NCBI RefSeq assembly: GCF_024521635.1
Contig: NW_026250422.1
Span: forward strand, 62,001 to 126,000
DNA length: 64,000 nucleotides
Direction: 5' to 3'
Origin: Tricharina praecox
Lineage: Eukaryota
Below, in pieces: positions 36,780 to 47,944 of the stretch (its first letter is position 1; every line of letters starts with the position of its first letter). The position numbers were made by a program, and so were the translations under genes. The notes under the pieces are model-generated. The model made no database searches. It saw only the letters and a list, made by a program, of their open reading frames with translations, and was not told where the DNA came from.

Positions 36780-38142
36780 TGCTGTGCGGGTCGTGCGTGG
36801 TCAAGTCGGTTGTGTTGTTCGTCGGGTGACGGGGGTGCCGTTGTGCGGGTCGGAGGTCGCGTTGTTGTGTTTGGGTTTGCGGCGAGGTCGCTTCGGCGGA
36901 GCCGCATCCCGTAGTCTGGGACCACCTCTGACGTGACTACGCGACATGGATGTCGCACTATGACGAGATGGGGAATTTCTGACCATCATCACTCGCATAC
37001 ATGGGATTCATGAAATGGGATTTTGGATTTCTTGCATTGTTTGTAGAGGCACCTGTATAAGTCTCCGTTCAACACGCGTGAGAATTATGCAGCCAGAAGC
37101 GATGGCGACATCGAAAATTGGGATGACGGACGGCCTCTAGATTCAGAGATTGTAGAAGGAAGTAGTGGTACGTAAATAGCACCGAGATAAAATGATGTGT
37201 GCAAGAGGGAGAGAAAGAACATGTGTCACTGACGGTTCCAAGGTCATGCACCCACTATCACTCGGCGGTAAGCTGGACCTCCGTATCTTTCGCCGGTAAA
37301 AAGGAGGGGGAGGGGGCTGGTGAATCACACTGGGAAGTCCAGGCACGGTCCGGACACAGGCGTCGGGAAGGGGGGTGTTCGTACTCTATATTTGTGTATT
37401 GCCACGACCAAGATAGGTACGGTAGGTATCGAACAACGCAAGGTCGAGCTCCAGATCCCGAGACTTTTGCATTTCAAAGCCATGCCAAATGCTGGATCAG
37501 TAGGCAGATCTCGAAGAATCTCGAAGAATAAAGCTGCAGTGCAGAGCAATTCCAAGTGCACATGGCTAAACCGAGTCATACCTACTAGGCAGGTAGGCAC
37601 ATATGCAGAACACCGGTAGTTGAGAGCGCGCCGCCAAGTGTCGTCGTGGTGGCGGGGGGGTGCGCACTGCGCACTGCGGGTTGGAAATCGAACTTGGAAG
37701 ATAATTGGAGAACAGCCACAGCGCACCGTATATAGAGTAGTGACCGCCAGTGTCGATCTTGGTTGCAGCTGATGTGTGAGTGCGGCTTGGGAATACGCTT
37801 TGTAAAGTAGAGTACGGAGCACGAAGGTGGAGCACGTACGCCTCATACAGTACCGTACCGTAGCAACTTTGTTCTGACAACGTAGGGAGTTCCTATCACG
37901 ACTTGTTTTTGTTTACTCACCAATCTCATGCGACCTAGATAGCCAGATCATGACATTATAAACATATAGAGTAGAGTACAGCGGCCGTCACGGCTGACTG
38001 CTCGCAACCATCGACCGCGCCGAGTGATATCCCATGTCCCATATCCCACGGACACGCCAGGTCACCCGTCGGCCCCCCTCCTCCCCCCACCAGATTCCGG
38101 AATCATTTACGTACGGCCACTGGTGCACTGGTGTGTGTGCTT

Positions 38143-38338
38143 TTAGAAACCACCTGTGGAAAACTCAAACTGCGGTGGGAATGCATCCAATCGCGATCGC
38201 CAAACTGCGGTGGGCATGCATCCAATCGTGATCTCTGCTCTTAGAAACCACCCGTGGGAAACTCAAACTGCGGTGGGCATGCATCCAATCACGATCGCCA
38301 AACTGCGGTGGGCATGCATCCAATCGTGATCTCTGCTC
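38143..38338. repeat. Nested tandem duplication: 2 x 98 bp, each containing 2 x ~35 bp
   Basis: Units start at 38143 and 38241 (ttagaaaccacc..tctctgctc). The core caaactgcggtgggMatgcatccaatc occurs four times. Confidence 0.95.
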
Positions 38339-38639
38339 GGTGGTGGTGGTGGTGGTTTTTCTTTTCTTTTCTTTCGAGAACACGGGTTGCTCTCTGCTCT
38401 CTTCATGCGAATTCGGAATACCTACTCTACTGCAGCTGACGGGATTCCCAAGCTGTGCTTTGTTTTTCTTTCTCCTTCTATTGAGGAGAACTCTACGTGG
38501 TTGCAGTCGGTGACGGGGCTTCCAAGTTTCGGCGTGCTGCCATCCTGCCTGCCTGTGCCAGTGCCGAATCAGGATGTTGCTGTTGCAAGTCGCGAGCCTG
38601 TGCTACCAACATATGCACCTGGTACGTAAGAAGTTTATG

Positions 38640-38799
38640 CTCCACATACTCCACATACTCCACATGCTCCACATGCTCTACATACTCCACATACTCCACA
38701 TGCTCCACATGCTCTACAGACTCCACATACTCCACATATTCCACATGCTCTACAGACTCCACATACTCCACATACTCTACATGCTCTACAGACTCTACA
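38640..38799. repeat. 9-bp minisatellite (CTCYACAKR) x ~18 with 36-bp higher-order period
   Basis: Units are ctccacata, ctccacatg, ctctacata and ctctacaga. The ctctaca variant recurs about every fourth unit. Confidence 0.95.
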
Positions 38800-40172
38800 A
38801 GCCGTGCTGCGATGCACCGGTGGCGACCTACCTACCAGCCTATCAGCGAACGAGACCTGCGCACTACGCACGGCACAAGACAACACAAGACGAGACAGGA
38901 CAAGACAACATCCCCGCGACTCTGCGAGCGACCCTGGCGTTACGTGAGTAAGAAGTTAGAACACCCTTCTCTTCAGCGAACCGGCGGACCGGCGGGACTG
39001 AGGGATCGAGGGGAGTGCATGCAGCGTAAGCGTAAGCAGATGGCGTGGCTCGGTACCAGGCGATGGGCGGTATTTAGGTCTGGGCGACGGTATACGATAC
39101 CCGGTAGATGTGGCAGACGCTGTTTGGCAGTTTGGCTGGGACTGGGGCTCTGGAACTGTTCTGTGTCGTGGTCCGTCTTGTCCGTCTAGTTCGTCTCGTT
39201 CGTCTCGTTCGTCTTGTTCGCACAGTGCACATCGCACTGCACTGCACTGCACTGAAGGCTGTGGGCAGTAGGCTTTAGGTGCGCCGACTTCGCTCCGCTC
39301 TGTCGATCTCATCACTCTACTCTACACGCAGTCAGGAAGGAAGGTGTTTTGGCGCCCAGCGCGGGATGTCACATGAATACCGGCATCCAGTCAGGTAGGT
39401 CGCAGTCTGCACTCGGCACTGCAGGTCTGAAGGGGGAACCCGGAGCGAGCAGTTCGCTCGGAATGATTGATGCACCGGCGTAGCAACATCGTATGGTAGA
39501 GTTCTTACTGTGACTGGATCCCTTGCGTACTACCTACCGGTTTCCTGCCGGTGTGTACTGTGGACTCTAGAGTGGAGATCAGCGTGCTCTCGACGGGGTG
39601 TCGATCTTCTCAGGTTCTCCTCATGGAAACAACGGAATTCCTTGGTATGCAGAAGGTGAGGGCTGCTCGCGGGGAGTGTGCCTCACTGCGGTCGGCCACT
39701 TGATAGGTCCGTATTCGCAGATGAACGATCATCCCACACTCTGCAGGTCACTCGGCCTCGTGTGTGGTGACCCGGAGTTACTATCTGTGACCCTACCGCC
39801 ATTATCAAACCCGCGGTGATTGGAGCCCGCACCCACTGGACTCAGGGCTGAACACTCCAACTTAGCGAAAGCGGAACGACATTCACCTCCCCGGTGACTG
39901 ATGCTTGCCGGCGGTGTGCTCGGACCTCAGTGCTGGCCCTCGAGTCTCGACTGGCGACTGCCCCGCAAATAACTAGAGCAGCCACTGCGCAATGCGCGTG
40001 CTGTTAGCAGCTCCCTAGACCTCGCCAGCGACATCCCGTTGCTCTGGATACTTGAAGCCGATATATCCTAGAAACCACAGACCCGCCGGCTCCGCCCCTC
40101 CGAGCAGTCCACCGAACCTCCGGAGAATTTCCACCTGTTTCTCCCTCGAACCCGCCTAGGAACTAAGTCGTG

Positions 40173-41288
40173 ATGCCGGAGCCAGTAACGATAACCATCA
40201 GCGCGGTCGGCGTGATAATAGCGCTCACGTCCAAGATCCTCTCGTACATATCGAGCCTGCAGCGGGCGGGGGTAGAGCACGACGCGCTGCTCTACTACTT
40301 CGAGCAGTCAGCAACGACGCTGCGCAATCTGCGGGGCACGTTCGAGGGCAAGGGCAAGGCGTTTCCGGTGGAGCTGCTGGAGCGGTACACGCGGGAGCTG
40401 CGGCGGTGCGAGAACGACCTCGACAACTTCGATGCCATAATGCAGGACATCACCCGGAAGCTCGGGAAGTCGCTCAGGTCCCGCATCTGGCAGAAGTCGT
40501 CGCTCGCGAACGGAGATACCGTGCAGCTCGAGCGAAAACTTAACTTCTTTAATCAGAACCTCGCCGCCCTCCAGCAGAGACTTACGTTCGAGGTCGTCGC
40601 GATCATCCACGAGAAGGTCGCAGATGTCAAGGCTATGGGCGCTGAGGTCAACCGCGCGATGAAAATCGATATGGGAGTGCGATATGGCCCCGCGGCGTTG
40701 AAAGTGATCCAGGGCGACGGCTGGCAGGACGACGATGCAGGCGCGGACGCCGGTGTCTCGATCCAGCCGACTCGGTCGTCGGCTCGGTCGTCGGAGCGGT
40801 GGAGGGGGGAGACCGAGTACAGAACCGGCGACGGCCAGACGACCACGCCGCAGCAGGCGGCGGCGGCAGCATACGGGGTGGACATGCCCGCGCCGCCATA
40901 CTTCTACCAAAGCCTGGAGCCAGACTACTACGCGCTACCACGGCCACCACCACCACCCATACCGCCCTACGACCAGCGCCGCACATCGGAGCCGTACTGC
41001 ACGCAACGGGCATCCCCGACACAGTTCTACACCCCATCGGGCCAGTACTGCGGCACACAATCGGCACCCACAACGCCGTACGGGCAGCCACAACCACCGC
41101 CGCCGCGGCCACCACCACCGCCATCGCCCGCCTTTGAGCAAAGACACTCGGCGCCGTACCCCCCGCACCCGCAGTGGATACCTTCTCCTCGCGACTACGA
41201 TTTGGCAGCCGATCTGGACAACCAGTACGCTCAGGACCAGCGGATCCAGCGCATCCAGGCTTTGTGGAGACTGCAGGAGAACGATTAG
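40173..41288 (+). CDS. Protein with N-terminal HeLo-like/SesA-type 'fungal N-terminal' helical domain and Pro/Gln/Tyr-rich C-terminal tail
   Basis: Intronless 371-aa ORF. It starts MPEPVTITISAVGVIIALTSKILSYI (M.EP plus hydrophobic helix), followed by ~140 aa of amphipathic helices (L..C...L..F, L.SRIW, V.QLERKL....Q.L..L), then low complexity. Confidence 0.72.
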   Translation: MPEPVTITISAVGVIIALTSKILSYISSLQRAGVEHDALLYYFEQSATTLRNLRGTFEGKGKAFPVELLERYTRELRRCENDLDNFDAIMQDITRKLGKSLRSRIWQKSSLANGDTVQLERKLNFFNQNLAALQQRLTFEVVAIIHEKVADVKAMGAEVNRAMKIDMGVRYGPAALKVIQGDGWQDDDAGADAGVSIQPTRSSARSSERWRGETEYRTGDGQTTTPQQAAAAAYGVDMPAPPYFYQSLEPDYYALPRPPPPPIPPYDQRRTSEPYCTQRASPTQFYTPSGQYCGTQSAPTTPYGQPQPPPPRPPPPPSPAFEQRHSAPYPPHPQWIPSPRDYDLAADLDNQYAQDQRIQRIQALWRLQEND

Positions 41289-41332
41289 CGTGGAGTGGAG
41301 ATTGGTGATGGAGTGAGCTACGAAGCCTAGGT

Positions 41333-41475
41333 AGGGAAGGAAGGAAGGAAGGAGGGAAGGAAGGAAGGAAGGAGGGAAGGAAGGAAGGAGGGAAGGAAGG
41401 AAGGAAGGAGGGAAGGAAGGAAGGAGGAAGGAAGGAAGGAAGGAGGAAGGAAGGAAGGAAGGAGGGAAGGAAGGA
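41333..41475. repeat. (GGAA)n purine microsatellite with interruptions
   Basis: About 140 nt of GGAA/GGAG units immediately 3' of the HeLo-like gene. Confidence 0.95.
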
Positions 41476-42122
41476 TGGCTCCCGAGGCTTGTGGTACACT
41501 GCAGAGTGGTCCGAGGGGCGATGGTGCTTAGCAAGCTAGTTACCGCTGCCGCTGCGAGGTTGCGCGATCAGCGGCGCCATGTATTACACTCTACATACTA
41601 GGTAATACACAGTTGGCAGAGGGATCGGAGGGATGGGGGGATGGGAACGGGCACAAAGACAAAGCGGTGGGGGTTCTGGGGAAAATACTGTTTCTTTTTG
41701 TTTGTACTCCTGCATTAAGTAGAGAGAGTAGAGAGGGGTTTTGCCGCTGCGGAGCGGCGAGGTTTCCAGAAGTCAACGATACGATACGTCGATACCAGCA
41801 GTGGTGAACGGCAGGCATCAGGGTCTCTATGGAAAATACTGTTTCTTTTCTTCGGTGAGGTGAATGATGGGGCTCGCATGGCCTTTGCACTCTAGATTAC
41901 GTGTACGTCGGGATCTGCTTTGCACTCCTACATGGGGGGGAGGCGGAGTGGCGAGGGTTCTAGAAGTCTACGATCGATGGGGATGGACGGCATCAGTGTA
42001 CCTCCTATCTAGTGGCCATGCATGTGTGGGGACTTGAATCGAAAGAGCTTGATCAGATGTGGATCCTTTCGTCCTCCCCCCTCCAGCCCACTGGCTTGAG
42101 AGCTCAGAGGACGGTGTAGTGG

Positions 42123-43437
42123 AGCGAGAGGAGGAGCTGTCGGCGGGAGGAAACGAATGTGGTTAGTAGTGGGCTTCAACTTTGGCCGACTTCAACGTTG
42201 GTGGGCTCCAACTTTGGCCGACTCCAACGTTGGCGGCCATGGCGGGGTCGAGCAGGGGGGGAGGAGGGCTACTTAAACTGGGCCTCTCCCCCTCTTCCTC
42301 CTCCTCCTCCTCCTCCTCCTCCTCCTCCTCTATCGGTCACCATCTCCCTAATAGACGACTAACGTCCACATCCCTCTTTCCTCTCTTTTATTCCAATCCA
42401 TTTTCTACCGAAGACGACCAACGTCCATCTCTCCTCTTTCCTCACACGAACAACTGCTCCAACTGTTGCATGCAGCTTCCACCTCAAATAGCCATGATGC
42501 TGGCGGCACACCAGGGTACCATCGCCAATGCCATTGCCATCTGCGAAATCTGCCCTGGTTCCCCCCCTCGGTAGTGTCTGCTTAGACTCCTGACGACCAA
42601 CGTCCATATCCCCTCTTTCCTCTCTTCTATTCCGATCCACTTTCTACCGAAGACGACCAACTCCGTCCACTACTCCTCTTCCCCATCTTCAGACTTCTCT
42701 CCCATAGACGACCTATTTGCCCGAATCCCCACCAGCCATGCCACAGCACTAGACTTGGGAAGCCTGCTGAAGGTGCTTTGCGTGGTCTTCATCAGCCTCA
42801 TATTCACCCTCGGGTTCGCCATCTTCGAGCAGTACCCTGGCGAGGTCACGAAGCCTACATCGCCCATTCGCCTCACCTCTTGCGCTGCTTTGGCAAAGAC
42901 GGCGGCCCACGTCGGAATGGTCATTTTTTCCAGATATTCTGGGCGGTTGAGGAAATGACTTCGTGACTCGCCGCCTTCGATGGCCCAGACATGGTCTTCG
43001 AAAGCATGGGAAGCATTCGCTGCTGTCCGACATTGACGATTGAAGAGAAACGGATCCTCATTGATACATTGATTTTGTGTAAGTGAATTCAGCCAGGCTA
43101 CATAGGAGTACGACTGACTTTCGTTTCAAGTTCCAAGAGTGCACCGCGATTAGGCATGGCAACATCGCACGATGAGGCCCCATGCTTGAAAGGCCAAGCG
43201 GAGGAGTATTTGTTTTCCATTCTATGCTCGATGGGTGTGGACAGACCCAACGTCACGCTGTTTTTCATACTGTTAGATGTTGTAGTTCGTGTAGTAGTTG
43301 GTTTGGCTGTTGTGGCGGAGCAAGTTGTGGAGTTGTTGGCGAGAGGAGGAAGTAGAGAAAGTGAATGAGGACTGTTGTCGGCGGGAGAGAACGAATGTGG
43401 TTAGTAGTGGGCATCAATGTTGGCGGCCATGGCGGGG
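42123..43437. repeat. Degenerate local duplications: 42123-42247 vs 43339-43437; 42354-42422 vs 42592-42661; 32-bp tandem 42171-42234
   Basis: Shared strings tgtcggcgggag..aacgaatgtggttagtagtgggc..tggcggccatggcgggg and gacgacYaacgtcca..cctctttcctctc..ttctaccgaagacgaccaac. Confidence 0.88.
42700..43260 (+). pseudogene. Possible degraded gene fragment between the duplicated blocks
   Basis: Coding-like short frames interrupted by stops (one hydrophobic stretch LLKVLCVVFISLIFTLGFAIF), plus an intron-like element at 43079-43130 (GTAAGT..CTGAC..AAG). No family recognised. Confidence 0.25.
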
Positions 43438-43787
43438 GTTTAAGCTTCTTCTTCTTCTTTCTCGATCATCCCCTACAGAATACACCATCAACCTCTATCT
43501 TCTCTTTCTTCTGTGTGTGACCTCCTCCCGATCCCGCCGCCGGTCTGGAGGGGCGTTGGAAAAAGAGCCGTCCGCAAAACTAGCTTATGTCGCATATGCT
43601 CGTTGACAGCCTTTGAAGAGACGTGGCCGTCAGGCCACACGGGAGATAGTCTGGCCACAGATCCCGCACAACAAGCCCGCAAAGAACGAGTAGACGAGTC
43701 ATCGATTGTTCCAATCGTTTGTACATGATATAAATCCTCCTCCGCAGTAAGTAGAATCAAGAGAAGAAACCCGCAAGCCGGCAGGAT

Positions 43788-44893
43788 CTAATACATCAAA
43801 ACCTGAATCCTCACCAACAAGAGAGTTTCCAAATCCACCGTTTTCTCCAGACCCGGAAACACAACCCCACGAACCTTCGGATCGCGCTTCCGGTCTCCCG
43901 CTATCGTCACCGCAACCTCCATCTCCTCTTCGCGGAAGGGGACCTTTTTACGCTCTGTGAAGCCTTTGGCCGTCCATACCAGCTCGAATGTTGCCGGCTG
44001 TCGCTCGATGATCTCGGCGAACTGGGCAACGGATCGGACCACAGATTCTAGACTCTGTAGACAGAGGTCGGACGACGTCTTCGTCGAGACAAAGGGGCTC
44101 AGCAGGTCGTGCACCACTTGCGCCAGCCTCAGGATGGTCCGTTCACGGGCTTCATGGTAGCCCGCCGGGCTGTTGTCTGCTTGGAATCAGCATCTGACCA
44201 TCTGGATCATCCGCGAGCCACGAACTAACCCGCACGATTACTGGTGAGCTTCCCGCCCTCGATGTTGTGTTCGGTATAGCGATCGGTAAAGAACGCACCC
44301 TTATCGAAGGCCTCGAGGATAATGCCGCCCAGCGCCGCCCGGAGGGCATACACGCGGGCGTCCTCGAGGGCGACCAGGTACTCGAAATGCGAGAGGTGGT
44401 GGACGACGCTGCGACGCTTATCATGCGGCACGGCGCGCAGCTCTTCACCCTCCACCACCTCTTCGTCGAGAATGTAGAAGTCGAAGACGTGGCTGGAGAT
44501 CCTGTCGTCGATCTCCTTGAACCGCCGCAGGATCGTGGCGTCGTCCACAGGCAGCCCGGCCCACTCCGGCTCGAGATCGGGGAGAACCACGTCTTCCTTA
44601 GCGGTCGTGCGGTTGCGGCGGGGTGATATCCCGCCGTCGTTCCAAAGGGTCGGTGGGAACAGCGCGAATTTCCGCCGGCGACCGAGCAGCCAGACGCCGA
44701 CCACGGTCATGATCAGGAGGAAGCCGAAGACGCCGAGAACGCTGGCCGCTATGCAGCCGGGCTTGCACTGGCGGCTGCCTCCTCGTGGTTGTGAACTCTG
44801 CCGCCCTGGTGGTAGTGTCAGCGTGGGCGCTCCCGAGCTGGAGTCGTTCCGGTGGTCGTCCTGGCGTTTTCGCAGATTCAGAAGCACCGACAT
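43788..44893 (-). CDS. Single-pass membrane protein (~350 aa) with helical region and C-terminal 'VFPGL.K' domain (GrpE/Mieap-like by pattern)
   Basis: ATG at 44893. TM IAASVLGVFGFLLIMTVVGVWLL is followed by GRRRK. Intron 44229(or 44241)-44177 (GTTAGT..GCTGAT..CAG) joins in frame to the 43788-44117 ORF, which ends PFREEEME...VRGVVFPGLEK...LLVRIQVLMY. Confidence 0.8.
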
Positions 44894-45391
44894 GGCGAAT
44901 CGCTGGAGCTGGGAGGAGGGGCGATTAGAAATCGCCGGAATCCAGTGCTCTGGTGAGTAGATGGCAAGCAAGCAAGTCGGTCAAGCCCTCCTAGCGGGAG
45001 ATAGCTGTCAGGAATATAGGAAGAAACTCCAGGCGGGGCTGGCAGAGCTGTGTCTGGTAATAGAACGCACTGGCTGGAGTGCTCAACTTCTTCTTCAGCG
45101 GGAGGAGACTCGAGAGGGTGGTGTGCCATTGGCGTGTTGGTGGTTGCCTACGGTGCAACCAGTTAAATATGTTCACCTTACATGAACTCTGTGACCCGCT
45201 CCATGCGCAGCAAAGTTCGAGGTCACACTCTACTATAGCTTGTTCCAAGTTCCAACCCCGCCAAAACTATTCTCGGTAATGCTCCAAATCGGACGTGCTG
45301 GGGCTGACAGTGCACAACTACACACCTGGTACATATGCGAGGTTCGCCAGGGGGCTGAGCGGTTGCTCTTCTTCGTTAGCCTCAGCTCCTC

Positions 45392-45397
45392 TATAAA
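45392..45397 (+). promoter_or_regulatory. Putative TATA box in the ~695-bp divergent promoter, ~190 nt upstream of the Hsp70-like ATG
   Basis: TATAAA preceded and followed by pyrimidine-rich sequence. Confidence 0.4.
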
Positions 45398-45588
45398 GTT
45401 TCTTTTTCGTGATCATGTTCGTTCTTCAGCACAAAACCACCCACCAATTTTGTTGCTGCAGTAGTTGGTCCTTCTGAGCTCAAGTACAGCCATCAGCAGC
45501 AACAGCAGCAGCAGCAGCCATCAGAGGCCTTTACCAAAAAAATCTTCAGCCTGTTTTTGGCATTACTGCACCAACTATAGTCCGAGCC

Positions 45589-47944
45589 ATGGCGAAAGAG
45601 ACACTTGCCATAGCCGTCGATTTCGGCACGACATATTCAGGTAGGTAGTGAAATCCACATCTCGTACCGCAGTTTTTAACCTCCCCTCTCAAGGTGTATC
45701 CTACCGCCCCATCGGCGACAACACGGATCCGGAGCCTACGCAGCTAGGGCGATGGCCGGGGCAGCCTGCCATCCGGCAGAGCTTCAAAGTGCCCACGATG
45801 GTAGCGTATCCGACGGGCATGAACGCGCACTCGCCCGTTCTCTGGGGCTACCAGGCGGAGCGGCCGCCCACCGACGCGTACACGCAGGTCCGCGCCTTCA
45901 AGCCGTTTCTCAGTCCTGATACCCCGCAGGAGTTCGAGGGCGCTCCCGGAAAGACGTTGTTCGATGCCGTGCGGGATTTCTTGCAGGGTGTGTATGATCA
46001 CCTCGTGCGGGAACTCCGCGGTCAGGGTCTCTCCGCTACTCTCTACGACTACCTTGTGTTGTTTACCGTCCCCGCCACGTTCAATAATGCCACCGTGGAG
46101 GCCTTCAAGAGGATCGTTAAGGCGACGGGATGGGGCGATCATAGTATTCAGGTCGAGCTTACGGAGCCGGAGGCGGCTGCTCTGCATACGCTGCGGACTC
46201 AGCGGGTGCTGCTGAACCAACTTGGAATGGGGGCATGTGATACCATCCTTCTTCCCTGCGTGCGGCGCATCGTCTAACTCGTGGATTCCAAATAGACGGG
46301 GAGGTGTTTCGTTATCTGCGATGCTGGAGGCGGCACGGTGGTGAGTTGCTTCTGCATGCACACGTGACACATTGACTGAATGCATATGGTTCCGTGCAGG
46401 ATTTGGCCTCGTACTCGATCAGTGAGATGATTCCCAGCATTCGGCTTGCGCAGACGGGTGTTGTTACTGGTGGTGTTTGCGGTTCAATCCTGATTGACCG
46501 GTAAGTTCATGTGTGGGGAACTTCGCGACCGCACACCTACTGACCACCGTGCTGTGCTACCCACGCAGCGAGTTTAAGCGTTTCATCAAAAAGCTGATGG
46601 GAGAGGGCGCATACAATACCCTCTCCAGCAGCAAGAAAACCGCGTTGGTCGACGAGTTCATCGCAAAGAAGGAGTGGTTTGAAGATGTCGAATATCACAA
46701 TACTATCGCCCTCCGGCTGCCGGCTGATGTCTCGTGTCCGAGACAGAGGGGCGGGTTTCTCTCGATTGAACGGTTCGTTCCTTACTTTTCCGTCTGATTG
46801 GCTCCTATGGCCCGGCTGACAAGCATGCTTTCCAGCGACCAGATGAAATCCTTCTTCGAGCCTTCTGTGAAGGAGACCTGCCAGCTAGTGGTGGACCATG
46901 TTCACCAGTGCAACCAGAACGGCTTCCAAGTGAGCGTAAGAACCACCCTCTCGCCCATCGCTATGCGTTTCCCCTGGTTAATACTCTCCAGTTCGTATTC
47001 CTAGTCGGCGGCTTCGGCACCTCGCCCTACCTCAAAGCGCGGCTCGCCAGCGTGCTCTACCAGCTGCAGCCCGGCTGCGAAATCATCACGCCACGGCACG
47101 CGTACGCCGACAACCCTTCCCCCCATCTCCCCCATGCAGTCCGACTGACGCAATCAAACAGTGAACAAGCGGTCGTCCTCGGGTGTCTATACACGCACCT
47201 GCAGCGGCTGCGCAAGGAAGAGGACCCCGTCAGCCAGCGACTGTGCCGCGCGAGCTTGGGTGTCGTCGCGCTCAAGGCGTTCAATCCGGCGACACATGCG
47301 CCCGAGGAGCGGTATGTACATCCGGTGACGGGGCAGGAGCTGGCGTTGAACCAGATCATGTGGTTGTGTAAAAAGGTGTGTACTCTTCTCCGCCGGATTT
47401 CCCCTGGTACATGTGTAAATGGGTAAATGAATAGGGGGTAGGTTGCTGATATGCACTGCGCCCTGCGTGCGCGGGGATAGGGCGACCCGATTACCCACGG
47501 TGCGGTCAGCGAGATCGAACGCGAGCTGGTGCGCTCCTTTGAGAAGGCCATCACCGAGGAGTGGATGGAGCAGCTGGTGTGCAGTGATCACGACATCGCG
47601 CCGAAGCGGATGACAGCCGGTATGCTACCTACATCTTACACATTCTTTGGCGCCCCAATCCAACGCAACCACTCGTACTTACTTACTCCGCGTCTCCAGG
47701 TGTCCGCGAGATCTGCGTCCTAACCTCAGACCTGCGGCGGTGCCCGCTGAGCGAGTTCGACAAGAAGAAGCGGTCGACGGGCGGGTGGTGCGGGATGGGC
47801 CGGAAGTCGTATTACGAGGCGCGATATACGGTAAAGTTGTTGCAGAGCACCGCGGACCTACGCTTCGAGATGACATTCAAGAAGAGAGTCAGGAGCGATC
47901 TGCTCAAGGTTACGTGGGATGAGTTGGGGGATAAGAGAGGATGA
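45589..47944 (+). CDS. Atypical Hsp70-family (HSPA12-like) actin-like ATPase, ~582 aa, 10 exons
   Basis: AVDFGTTYSG (phosphate 1), KVPT, FTVPA.F, LTEPEAAA, VICDAGGGTVDL (phosphate 2), G..CGS..ID, FLVGGFGTSPYL and AVVLG. Exons 45589-45640, 45694-46232, 46296-46340, 46400-46500, 46569-46772, 46836-46935, 46992-47101, 47162-47375, 47481-47619 and 47700-47944 total 1749 nt (in frame). No canonical substrate-binding domain or EEVD. Confidence 0.9.

Noticed and set aside
38143..38338. CRISPR-like repeat-spacer appearance
   Set aside because: Intervening sequences are themselves duplicated, there are no cas genes, and the context is eukaryotic.
40648..41534. Minus-strand ORFs with (PSFL)n
   Set aside because: Translation of the GGAA microsatellite plus the antisense of the HeLo-like gene.
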